The translations under genes and the position numbers were made by a program. Below the pieces are notes generated by a model. The model saw only the letters and a program-made list of their open reading frames with translations. It had not been told where the DNA came from and searched no databases. Below are positions 10,816-19,462 of a stretch of 64,000 bases of DNA, piece by piece. Position 1 is the first letter of the stretch; every line of letters begins with the position of its first letter. The stretch spans positions 129,077-193,076 of the forward strand of contig CBDBGH010000001.1 in assembly GCA_965205265.1 (NCBI GenBank), read 5' to 3'. Source of the stretch: Alphaproteobacteria bacterium (GTDB taxonomy: Bacteria; Pseudomonadota; Alphaproteobacteria; Bin95).

Positions 10816-11347
10816 GGAGCGTTCGCGCCTCCTGTCGCCAAGGCCATACCTTTCTGCGGCTGTCGTTCGATCATGAGGCGGCTGGCATCCGAATGGCGCA
10901 AGAACCAAGTGGAAAGGGGAGCACCACGATGGATGAATCGAAAGTTCGTTGCACTGGCTCTCCTTTGCCGCATCGGATAGTGTTTGAGCAGGATCACGCC
11001 GGGAAGGAACGGACACCGGCATTATGGACGGTTACTGCAGACGCACTTTCTGCCGTTTTCTTTGGCGTCACAGACGGTTCGCATGGGCTCTGCCTGGTGC
11101 GTCCACGGTGTGGCTGGCCTTCCTCATCGGTGGCTTCAACATGTTGCCTTCCGACAAAGTGGACTTCATTTTCAGAGCATTCGGGGTGGACAGGAATGAT
11201 GTCGCCGCGCTGCCGCTGAAGGCATGGCCGAGTCTGCCGATTCCTGTTGCGATTGTATCTGGCGATCACGATATTGGTGGCATCCGGCATTCTACCGATT
11301 GTTGAAATGCTCGATTTCTGGAGATCCCAGGAACTGTGCTGGCAGAC

Positions 11348-12136
11348 ATGAAGTATATCAGGCCCGTCCTTGTGTCGACGTTGGCTGTGGCCAACGTGGT
11401 GACTGGGAGCCCGGCACTATCCTGGACGAGGCATCTTTGCCCCGACCAGCCAACAGGAGACGAGACACTCCATGCAATAGGGTTCCAGTCACCTGCGAAA
11501 TTCGAGGAAGTCACTTATTTCGGAGAGTACGGAGCCGTCCTGAGGGCACTGGTGAACTTCTGGGCGACCCCCAGTGAGGATGTTGTCTATGCGTACCCTC
11601 TAGCCGTCTTCGATGATTTGGTCCAGTATCCGACAGCTCAAGGCCCAAACTACACAATGGAGGGGAGTGAGGGCGGCTCGAAGCCAGTCGTCTCCTATGG
11701 TGACTATATGGCCTGGCTCGAGGATCCAGGAAAAACCGCCATCGTCAGCGGGGTTCCCGGGGAGCACTATGTTGGGACGCCAGTGGAGTGGTCCCCGATG
11801 GTCATCGGTTCTTTCAAGGCAGTCGGTCCCTTGTCGGAGGCCGCTTCCCAGGTGGCGGATTTTTCAGACATTGCGCTGAAAGTGAGCCTCGCCAGCGGCG
11901 TCTACAATTATGGATCTCCGTCATCCAGCATTGTTGAAGCGGTGAGGATCGAAAACCTCGACCTTGGCAACGATATCAACTGCATTGCTGCAATGATTGA
12001 GGACGAAGAGGTTTACGCGAATCTGAGAGAATCGATGAGTGCCGACAGCTACCTGGCCGCCACCGAGCCCATCCCGGGACTGGAACCAATGAACCGGTTG
12101 ATCGTCTCGCGAGATTTCTGGCCTGAAGAAGGCTGA
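11348..12136 (+). CDS. hypothetical exported protein
   Basis: Signal-peptide-like MKYIRPVLVSTLAVANVVTGSPALS; lower GC than the backbone. Confidence 0.6.
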   Translation: MKYIRPVLVSTLAVANVVTGSPALSWTRHLCPDQPTGDETLHAIGFQSPAKFEEVTYFGEYGAVLRALVNFWATPSEDVVYAYPLAVFDDLVQYPTAQGPNYTMEGSEGGSKPVVSYGDYMAWLEDPGKTAIVSGVPGEHYVGTPVEWSPMVIGSFKAVGPLSEAASQVADFSDIALKVSLASGVYNYGSPSSSIVEAVRIENLDLGNDINCIAAMIEDEEVYANLRESMSADSYLAATEPIPGLEPMNRLIVSRDFWPEEG

Positions 12137-12397
12137 AAGTGGACTTCCCTGCCCGCCCGCGAAGCGTCCGTCCCGAAATCACCGGACGCTACGGGAAAGC
12201 ATCCATGTTGGAAATCAAGCCCGGATCCGGCTTTTTTTCCGTTTTTTCCGGGTTCCGGATCCGGCTGTCCCGGACCTTTCCACAGCGTTCCCCACAGGCG
12301 GCGCCGTCCGGGCACGCCGGAAGCGCCCGCCGGGGAGACCCCGGCCGGCCCGAAGGTGATTCGTTTCCGTGCCGGACCGCGGCGGTCCGTCCGTGCG

Positions 12398-13345
12398 TCA
12401 GGCGGCGGTGGCCGCCGTCCGGTCCTCCCAGACGCGCCGGTCGCGGAGAAGGGCGTTGGCGGTCACGACCAGCCTGCGCATGACTGCCACGAGGGCGACC
12501 CTGTGTGGCCTGCCCCTCTCCCGGAGCCGTTGGTACAGCTCCCCCATGTCCGGGGAGCACCTGCTAGCCGACATCGCCGCCATGTAGACGACGTCCCTCG
12601 GCCGCCTCCTTCCGCCGCCGATGTGGCGCCCGCCCCTGATGGTGCCGCTGTCGCGGGCGAAGGGGGCCACGCCCAGCAGGGAGGCGGCCTGCCGGTTGCC
12701 GATGGCGCCCAGCTCCGCCATCCACGCGATCAGGGCCGCGGCGGTGACGGGGCCGATGCCCGGCACCGAGGTCAGGATGCGGTGGCTTTCGGCGAACTCC
12801 GGCGATCCGGCGACCGTCACGCCGATCCGCCGCTCCAGGGCCGCGATGGCGGCGTCGATGTCCTCGAGGACCCTGCCGACCTCCGCGCCGGGCGTCCCCC
12901 CGTCGATCTCCGACAGGACGGTCCTCAGCTCGGCCCGCTGGTCCACAAGTTTCTCCCGCAGCACCAGCATGTCGCGGAGCAGGTCGATGGCGGCGCTGGC
13001 CGGCTCCGTGGCCTGCATGTCCGGGAACGCGGCCCCGAAGGCCGCCAGTATCCTGGCGTCCACCCTGTCCGTCCTCCCCAGCGCCCCGGCGGCCTTCGCG
13101 AAGTCCCGGGCCTGGCGGGGGTTCACCACGAGGGTGGCGAAACCCCTGGCGTGCAGCGACTGCAGCAGCGCCCGGTGCATGCGCCCCGTCGCCTCCATGA
13201 CGGCCTTCACGGCGCCAGCCTCCCTGAGGAGGCGGGCGACCCTGCGCAGGCCGTCGCTGTCGTTGGTGGCCGTGAAGTCCCGCCCGTTGACGTGGATGTT
13301 GAGTGTACGCTTGCTTACGTCGATTCCGGCGATTACTGTGGTCAT
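12398..13345 (-). CDS. IS110 DEDD recombinase/transposase
   Basis: GIDVSK, MEATG, VNPRQAR, RTDRVDA, SVPGIG, DSG motifs. Confidence 0.95.
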   Translation of the reverse strand: MTTVIAGIDVSKRTLNIHVNGRDFTATNDSDGLRRVARLLREAGAVKAVMEATGRMHRALLQSLHARGFATLVVNPRQARDFAKAAGALGRTDRVDARILAAFGAAFPDMQATEPASAAIDLLRDMLVLREKLVDQRAELRTVLSEIDGGTPGAEVGRVLEDIDAAIAALERRIGVTVAGSPEFAESHRILTSVPGIGPVTAAALIAWMAELGAIGNRQAASLLGVAPFARDSGTIRGGRHIGGGRRRPRDVVYMAAMSASRCSPDMGELYQRLRERGRPHRVALVAVMRRLVVTANALLRDRRVWEDRTAATAA

Positions 13346-13349
13346 GCTC

Positions 13350-13650
13350 TCCCGCTCCTATCCTCGCGATGATCCGGTTCTGAAAACCCAGGCATCCATC
13401 CAGGACCCGGGAGACGGACGGGAGGACGGGCCGACCACGCTTCCCCACGGATCCGCTGTCGCGATCCAAGGCGGTATCGGTCCAACCCGTCCTGCGGGGC
13501 CAGCCCCGCACCGACGCCGCCGGGTGGGACCCGGCGGCGTCGGCCCCGACACAGGAATGAACCGGAGGGACGGCGGAAGGCAACCGGCATGTTTTCCACA
13601 GGAAAGCGCGCCAGATTTTTCCACAGCCACCTCCTCCTTTCATTTCTGAT
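13350..13650 (-). ncRNA. putative IS110 bridge RNA in the left non-coding end
   Basis: Perfect 14-bp hairpin 13511-13543; ATGGATGC (13399-13392) matches the donor junction ATGGATGCT; CGAG (13368-13365) is the reverse complement of donor CTCG. Boundaries approximate. Confidence 0.6.
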
Positions 13651-13850
13651 TCTCTGAACATACGAGGTGTCCTGTCTTGCCGCGTCCCGCGTTGGCGCGC
13701 CGCTCGACATCATCCGCGAATATTGCCCGGAAAGGCCGTCCAGCTCTGCGAGGGAGCCGTGCCGGGTGGATTCCTGAACTGAAGGCGGAAAGGCGCTCGC
13801 CAACGGCAGGATGGCTGCGGCGGGAGGTGTCCCGATCGACAACCAGCGGC

Positions 13851-14744
13851 CTAGCCCCAAAGGTCGATTCCCGTCCCCCGCACGGCGGTCCTGACGGCAT
13901 CGTGGTATCTCGCCTCCGTGCTCCGTGCCATTTCCGGGAGCTGGGCGGACGTGCGTTCGCAGAGCGCGGTGAAGTCGTCCATCCTGATTTCCCGGAAGGC
14001 CTGTCTCAGGTGAAGCACAAGCTCGTTCTCCTCTGGCTGCCTCGCTGCGCCCCTGCCTTCCGAGACCGCAAGGTTGTCGGCGAATATCTGGCACGAAACC
14101 AGGACGTCCCTTGATTTCGCCTGGGTCCACCGCCTGGGAATGACGGCCCCGAGCACCGCCTCCAACGCGACGTCGGACACCGTCCGCCGCTCCTCCCTGG
14201 CAATGGCGGCCGTGTGGTCGAGCAGACCCTTGACCGTCACCGGCGGCGCCTGGAGGCCCCTTTCGGTGAAATGGGCCTCCAGGCGGTCCCTCAGGATCGT
14301 GTTCCGGTTCCTGCTGGCCAGGACGTCAATCCCATGCGCCCATGCCTGGGCATAGATCTGGCGGTCGCTGTCATTGTCGTCGGTGAACGCCGCCTCCGGG
14401 AGGACCGCCGATCGCCGGACGTATTCCTGTTTGCCCAGATCGTGCAGGTGCGTGTAGGTCGAGGTGTTGCGCAGGCGCTCCTGATCCCACCATTCGGCCG
14501 CGGCCCGGGCCGCGGCTCCCGCAGCCCTATCCACGTTGTCCGGGCCCGCGATCCGGTCGCTCCTGCAGAGTCGCTGGATATACGTCGCCGCCTGCATCGG
14601 CAGGTTACTCTCCAGTTCGGCGTCCACCATGGGGAGAATGGCGACCCGCCGCCCGCGCATTCCCTCGATGGACGTGAGATAGCGCCTCGGAGTGGGATGG
14701 CGGATCAGGTTGGTGTCGGCCGCGACGGCCACCGCCGCTGTCAT
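13851..14744 (-). CDS. PIN-domain-like protein (putative toxin)
   Basis: VAADTNL, conserved E, DDNDSDRQIYAQA...DVLASRN acidic pattern of PIN RNases; about twice VapC length. Confidence 0.6.
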   Translation of the reverse strand: MTAAVAVAADTNLIRHPTPRRYLTSIEGMRGRRVAILPMVDAELESNLPMQAATYIQRLCRSDRIAGPDNVDRAAGAAARAAAEWWDQERLRNTSTYTHLHDLGKQEYVRRSAVLPEAAFTDDNDSDRQIYAQAWAHGIDVLASRNRNTILRDRLEAHFTERGLQAPPVTVKGLLDHTAAIAREERRTVSDVALEAVLGAVIPRRWTQAKSRDVLVSCQIFADNLAVSEGRGAARQPEENELVLHLRQAFREIRMDDFTALCERTSAQLPEMARSTEARYHDAVRTAVRGTGIDLWG

Positions 14745-15007
14745 CGCGCCGCCTCCGCCAGCGCATGGAGCCGGGCGTCGTCCGCCAGCGCCCGCTCACA
14801 GAGTTCCGCGTCGCCCCTTCGCCAGGCGGCCATGGCGGTCAGGAGGGGTGACCGCTCCCCATATTCCCAGAGGGATTCGATCGCCGCCCCGCACCATTCC
14901 GCCCGCTCCGGCGTCGTGCCGAGATGGGGGATCACGGCGTCCCGGAAGGCTGTCCGGTATTCCTCCTCGCCCGTGCGGGCGGTTCCGAGCGTCACAGGTA
15001 CCGCCAT
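14741..15007 (-). CDS. small protein coupled to the PIN gene (putative antitoxin)
   Basis: ATGA stop/start overlap with the PIN gene; 88 aa. Confidence 0.5.
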   Translation of the reverse strand: MAVPVTLGTARTGEEEYRTAFRDAVIPHLGTTPERAEWCGAAIESLWEYGERSPLLTAMAAWRRGDAELCERALADDARLHALAEAAR

Positions 15008-15176
15008 TGTCCCGTCTCTCCGCCGCCAGGGCTGCATCCTACCACAGGCAGGCCAGTGAGCAACAGCCGATGCGGATTCGGGTGTGCGCCATCGCTCACG
15101 GTCGCTCCGCAGTGCGACAACGGGAAACCCCGGCCCGGTATCCGCCGCGTAGTCGCGGCCCCTCCAGGCCGGGCGG

Positions 15177-16592
15177 TCACGAGGGAAGTCCGGGTGACCC
15201 GGCGGGCAGCCCCCTCGGCTGGCGTCCGGCGCGTTCCCGATCCCAGATGCCGTTCACCGATCTGGTGAGGTTGAGGCGTCCCTCGGCCGCCAGGGCGGTG
15301 AATCTCCGCAGTGTGCCTCCCGGCGAGCGGACGGGGCTCGTCGGATGGAACCGGTTCCGGTCGATGACGAGCAGGGCGACGAAGGCGGCGGTCTGGCCCA
15401 TGACCTCGACCGCGTCCTCGTAGGCGGACGCGGCGATGCCGAGCTCGCGCAGGATCAGCGGGACGGCGTCCCGCCAGTCGGCGAAGGCGTCGAGGTAGAG
15501 TTCGGCATCACGGGAGGCCAGCGACCGCAGCGTCGCGACGGTCAGCCTGGCGGCCATCTTCAGGCTGATGAGGTCGCCGTCGACAGCCGTCCCGGTGCTT
15601 TCGCTCCCGTCCCTCCCGGCTTCGGAAACGGGTTCCCTGACAGGGGGGGAACCTCCCGATCCACCCTCATCCCCGGTTTCACCGGACCCAGCTGGGTTAC
15701 AGGATTCATTCCCGGTTTCGGTTGTAGGTTGTATATGGCGCCGGACACCAATGTCCGGTGCGGCGGACATATCCGCCTGAATCCGCGTGATTTCCTGCGG
15801 CCCGGATCCGGAACATTCCGCCGGATCCCCGGACGCGGCGGCCCGCTCCGGCGCGGTTCCGGGGGACGGCGCGGCCTCCGCAGGCCCCCCGGCCGCCGCC
15901 ACCTGCCGCTCCAGACCGAGGATGGCGTCCAGCCAGGCCGCAAGGGACTCGTGCGTGGCCGTCCTGAGGCAGGCGGGCTTCAGCCGCCGTTCGGTTTCCC
16001 CGAGGCGCTCCGTGAGTTCGGCTTTCCGGTCCGGATCCTTGACGGCCCCGATGCCCTGGCCGAGCCTGCGCCGGGCCATGCTTGCCCTGAGCCGGGTGTC
16101 CTGCCGCTCCCGCTCGGCGGTCTCCGCCTGCCGGAGCAGCGCGGTGACCGCGGCGTGGTTGGCGATGCAGGGCTCCAGGGAGATTCCGGCCACCGGGGCC
16201 GCCGCGCCGGACCTCCGTCCCCTGTAGCCGTTGGCGGCCGTGGTCCTCGCGACCACGCCGAAGGCCTGGAGGCTGGTCTCGATCCTGCGGAACTGCCGCT
16301 CGCCGATCCCGACCTCGCGCGCCATGTCGGCCTGACGGCGGAAGTTCACCGCCGCCTCGGTTGTGGAGTGCCACGCGGCGCGGCCGGTGGTGTCGGCGAT
16401 CTGCCTGAAGACGAGGATTTCGGTGGCGTTCGCCCCGAACAGCCGCAGCGCCGCCTCGGCGTTCCGGATCGCCCGGGCCTTCGTGACATCCCCGGGCAGG
16501 GAGAAGCGCTCGTCCTCGGAGGGAAGGAACGCCTGGACCGTCGTGGCCCGGTGCGGATCGTAGCCTGATTTGAGTTCTGTCTGGATCGTCAT
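15177..16592 (-). CDS. repC: plasmid replication initiator RepC
   Basis: N-terminal HTH (QADMAREVGIGERQFRRIETSL...NGYRG), RHIQ motif, C-terminal LGI..SAYEDAVEVMG...VRSPGGTLR. Confidence 0.85.
   Translation of the reverse strand: MTIQTELKSGYDPHRATTVQAFLPSEDERFSLPGDVTKARAIRNAEAALRLFGANATEILVFRQIADTTGRAAWHSTTEAAVNFRRQADMAREVGIGERQFRRIETSLQAFGVVARTTAANGYRGRRSGAAAPVAGISLEPCIANHAAVTALLRQAETAERERQDTRLRASMARRRLGQGIGAVKDPDRKAELTERLGETERRLKPACLRTATHESLAAWLDAILGLERQVAAAGGPAEAAPSPGTAPERAAASGDPAECSGSGPQEITRIQADMSAAPDIGVRRHIQPTTETGNESCNPAGSGETGDEGGSGGSPPVREPVSEAGRDGSESTGTAVDGDLISLKMAARLTVATLRSLASRDAELYLDAFADWRDAVPLILRELGIAASAYEDAVEVMGQTAAFVALLVIDRNRFHPTSPVRSPGGTLRRFTALAAEGRLNLTRSVNGIWDRERAGRQPRGLPAGSPGLPS
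15690..15790. promoter_or_regulatory. candidate oriV inside repC
   Basis: AT-richer patch, GANTC sites at 15703 and 15779, inverted repeats CCGGACA-N4-TGTCCGG (15741-15758) and GCGGA-N4-TCCGC (15763-15776); RepC origins are known to lie within repC. Confidence 0.45.
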
Positions 16593-16975
16593 CTCGGAAC
16601 TTCCTCTGTTGGGAGCTGTCCGGGGATCCGACCGTGGCGGCGGTGCGGGAAAGACGCGAATCCGCCGATTCCCTCCCTCACGCCGCCCGCATCCATCTGA
16701 TACCAAAACGCCGATGGTGCGCGCCCGCTGGCGCCATTTCCGGTGCGTTGTCTGAGGTCTGGATCCTCGGCCACCAGCTCTGTGGTGGATGGCACGGGGT
16801 CGCTCCCCGGCCCGACTTCACCGCCGGTCCGTGGGGCGACACCGCGTCTGGAGGCGGATCCACAGCCGCGGCCAGGTTGCCATAGCAAGGCCTCCGGCGT
16901 TGCCGGAGGAAACCCCTTGATCCCCGGGGATTTCGGCGCTAGCTTCGCAGCGCCATGGTTTTGAAGAGGATCATA

Positions 16976-17001
16976 CCCCCCCCCCCCCCCCCCCCCCCCC
17001 C
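16976..17001 (+). repeat. C26 homopolymer in the divergent repC/pil intergenic region
   Basis: 26 consecutive C. Confidence 0.9.
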
Positions 17002-17108
17002 GCAATTTCCGGGGAGCGGACGGCGGTGAACCGCGTGCGGCGATAGGTCTCCGCCGGGTATCCGGCCAGCTTCAGCGCTGCCGTACCGAGGGATCCTGCC
17101 GGACGGGC

Positions 17109-17984
17109 GTGGATGCGACTCGCGGATTCCATGCCTCCAGCTTACGGGCGATCGGCGCCTTTGCCACATCCTTGATTCTGGCCTGCCTTTCCGGCCCTGC
17201 CGCCGCCACGGTCGATCCGGTGATCCGCTGCCCGGACTGGCAGCGCCATGCGCCGCCGGTCCGGCTGGCCGACGCCTCGGCTGGCCAGACACGCAGGGAC
17301 TTCGAAACCCGCTCGTCTCCTCCCGGCGGGTCGGCGGCCGCGGTGGACCCATCCATCGTTCAATCCACCGCGGCCGCCGTTTGCCCCACCCACACCGTCC
17401 GGTCCGGCGACACACTGTCGGGGATCGCGGCCGCCCGGCTGGGCAGCGCCGGACGCTGGGGCGAGATCGCCGCGGCGAACGGCGGGCTGGATCCGGTCAG
17501 GCTCCGGGTCGGGGCCGTGCTGGACATTCCCTGCGGGGACAGCGGGGCGACCGCTGGAAACGGACGGCTGGCCGCGGACGGCGGCCCGCCGCCGGCCGCG
17601 TCGGGGGGCTTCCTGGCCCGGCTGTTCGGCATCGCCCGGACACCTCCGGCGGATCCCGGGGATACGTCCGGGAACGGTCGGGCGGGGCAGGGGACCCACC
17701 CGCCGTCGGACGCGGCCGTTCCTGAGCCCAAGCCACCGCCGCCGGTCTGGCAGGCCCGGAAGGGCGAGTATTTCGCCGATGTCCTCAGGCGCTGGGGCGG
17801 GGAGGCGGGCTACACGGTCATCGCCGACAGCGTGGACGTCTGGCGGCTGGGCGTGCCGGTTCGCATCCGGGCGGCGTTCGAGGACGCGGTCGCGGAACTG
17901 GTGCGCGGCCTGGGCCACGGCGGCGTCGCGCCCCGCGTCCGCATCCATCCGAACGGGGTCATCCGACTCGGAGGGCCGGTCTGA
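17109..17984 (+). CDS. LysM + TcpQ-like domain type IVb pilus protein (PilL-like)
   Basis: LysM HTVRSGDTLSGIA...LRVGAVLDIP; C-terminal WQARKGE..DVLRRW...FEDAVAELV. Confidence 0.7.
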   Translation: MDATRGFHASSLRAIGAFATSLILACLSGPAAATVDPVIRCPDWQRHAPPVRLADASAGQTRRDFETRSSPPGGSAAAVDPSIVQSTAAAVCPTHTVRSGDTLSGIAAARLGSAGRWGEIAAANGGLDPVRLRVGAVLDIPCGDSGATAGNGRLAADGGPPPAASGGFLARLFGIARTPPADPGDTSGNGRAGQGTHPPSDAAVPEPKPPPPVWQARKGEYFADVLRRWGGEAGYTVIADSVDVWRLGVPVRIRAAFEDAVAELVRGLGHGGVAPRVRIHPNGVIRLGGPV

Positions 17985-19462
17985 TGGCGGGCCGGACAGC
18001 TGCCGCCCTCCTGCTTTGCGCGGCCACGCTGGCCGGGGGCTGCGACGGCATCCGCAGGGACGCCGCCACCGGCGTGGCGGAGGGCCGCCGGCTGACCGCC
18101 GCCGAGATCGGCAGGCAGCGCGCGGTGCAGCGCGGGGAGATCATCCGCGAGGAGCGGCCGTTCTACGGCGCCGCGGTCGAGGCCGAACGCGGCTCCCGGT
18201 CGGGCGATCCGCTCCCGGCCGCCGTCGACGGTGCGCGTGGCTTCCGCATCGCGCTGGCGGGACAGGCCGATGTCCGCACGGTCGCGGAAGCGGTCACGGC
18301 GGCGACCGGCATCCCGGTGAACATACGGACCCGCTACGTGCTTGGGTCGGGGGTCGTCGACGTTCCCATCGGAACCCGCATGGCGGCGCGGTTCGAGGGC
18401 CCGCTCTCCGCCTTCCTCGACCGGCTCGGCTCCCGGATGGACGTGGCCTGGTCCTACGACGGCCGCGCCATCACCATCGACCGCATGGTCCGGCGGACCT
18501 GGAGGGTTCCGCTGCCGTTCGGCGCCACCGACATATCGGACAGCGCCGCGACCGAGGCGGGGGCCAGCGTCTCTACCACGCGGTCGCTCGATCCCTGGGC
18601 GGAGCTCGGCGACCGCCTCTTGCCCCTCGCGCCGCCTCCCGCTCAGATCAGCCTCTCGCCGCAGACCGGACGGGTCGAGGTCCTTGGCCCGCCCTCGGTG
18701 ATCGACTCCGTCACCCGGGTTCTCGAGGATGTGGTGACGACCGCCTCGGTGCGCATCGGACTGGAGATCGGGGTGTATTTCGTCGACACTGACAGGGCCG
18801 ACAGCTTCGGCGTCGCCCTGGACCTCGAGGCCCGGGCCGGGGACCTCACCGCGTCGCTGGCCGCCGCGGCCACCGGCGCCGCCGCCGGGAGCCTGGTGAT
18901 AGGACGTCCGGGGACCCGGGAATCCGCCATCGACTTTCGGGCGCTGGCGCGCGACAGCGCCGTCGTCGACTACAGGCTCGCCTCCACCGTCGCCCAGTCG
19001 GGCGTGATCTCGCCGATCGCCTTGACCCGGGAGACCCGGTACATCGAGCGGATCACGACGGTCACGGCCGAGAACGGGACCAACACGACGGCCTACGAGC
19101 CCGGCGAGTTCGAGACCGGTCTGTCGATCTCGGCGCTCCCCCGGCTGGTCGACCGCCGCCGGGTCCAGCTCGCCCTGACCCTGACGCAGCGTGAACTGGT
19201 GGACTTCCTGCGGCGGGGCGGCACGACCGGGGCCATCGGGCTGCCGTCGATCGAGAACCGTTCCATCCGCAACGAATCGGTGCTGGTCCCCGGGGAGACC
19301 CTGGTCCTGTCGGGATACGAGAGCGAGCGCTCCGAGCGCGGAAACCAGGGGATCGGGTTCCTCCGGCTTCTGGGGATCGGGGGCAGCAGCGAAGCCAGGC
19401 GCCGCAAGGTCAGGATGGTCGTCCTCGTGCGGCCGACCCTGATACCGGCGGGGAGGGCATGA
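17984..19462 (+). CDS. pilN: type IVb pilus secretin lipoprotein (PilN-like)
   Basis: Lipobox LAGGC; secretin C-terminus with LVPGETLVLSGYE and VVLVRP. Confidence 0.8.
   Translation: MAGRTAAALLLCAATLAGGCDGIRRDAATGVAEGRRLTAAEIGRQRAVQRGEIIREERPFYGAAVEAERGSRSGDPLPAAVDGARGFRIALAGQADVRTVAEAVTAATGIPVNIRTRYVLGSGVVDVPIGTRMAARFEGPLSAFLDRLGSRMDVAWSYDGRAITIDRMVRRTWRVPLPFGATDISDSAATEAGASVSTTRSLDPWAELGDRLLPLAPPPAQISLSPQTGRVEVLGPPSVIDSVTRVLEDVVTTASVRIGLEIGVYFVDTDRADSFGVALDLEARAGDLTASLAAAATGAAAGSLVIGRPGTRESAIDFRALARDSAVVDYRLASTVAQSGVISPIALTRETRYIERITTVTAENGTNTTAYEPGEFETGLSISALPRLVDRRRVQLALTLTQRELVDFLRRGGTTGAIGLPSIENRSIRNESVLVPGETLVLSGYESERSERGNQGIGFLRLLGIGGSSEARRRKVRMVVLVRPTLIPAGRA

Larger units (their letters stand above)
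12198..13666 (-). mobile_element. IS110-family insertion sequence (IS621-like layout)
   Basis: Transposase flanked by a CT core at both ends (minus strand 13666-13665 and 12199-12198); joining the ends gives TTGATT-N17-TATGTT. Confidence 0.75.

Noticed and set aside
12276-13625. Replication origin interrupted by IS110 (from DnaA-like boxes)
   Set aside because: The boxes fall inside the inferred IS ends, and a better oriV candidate lies within repC
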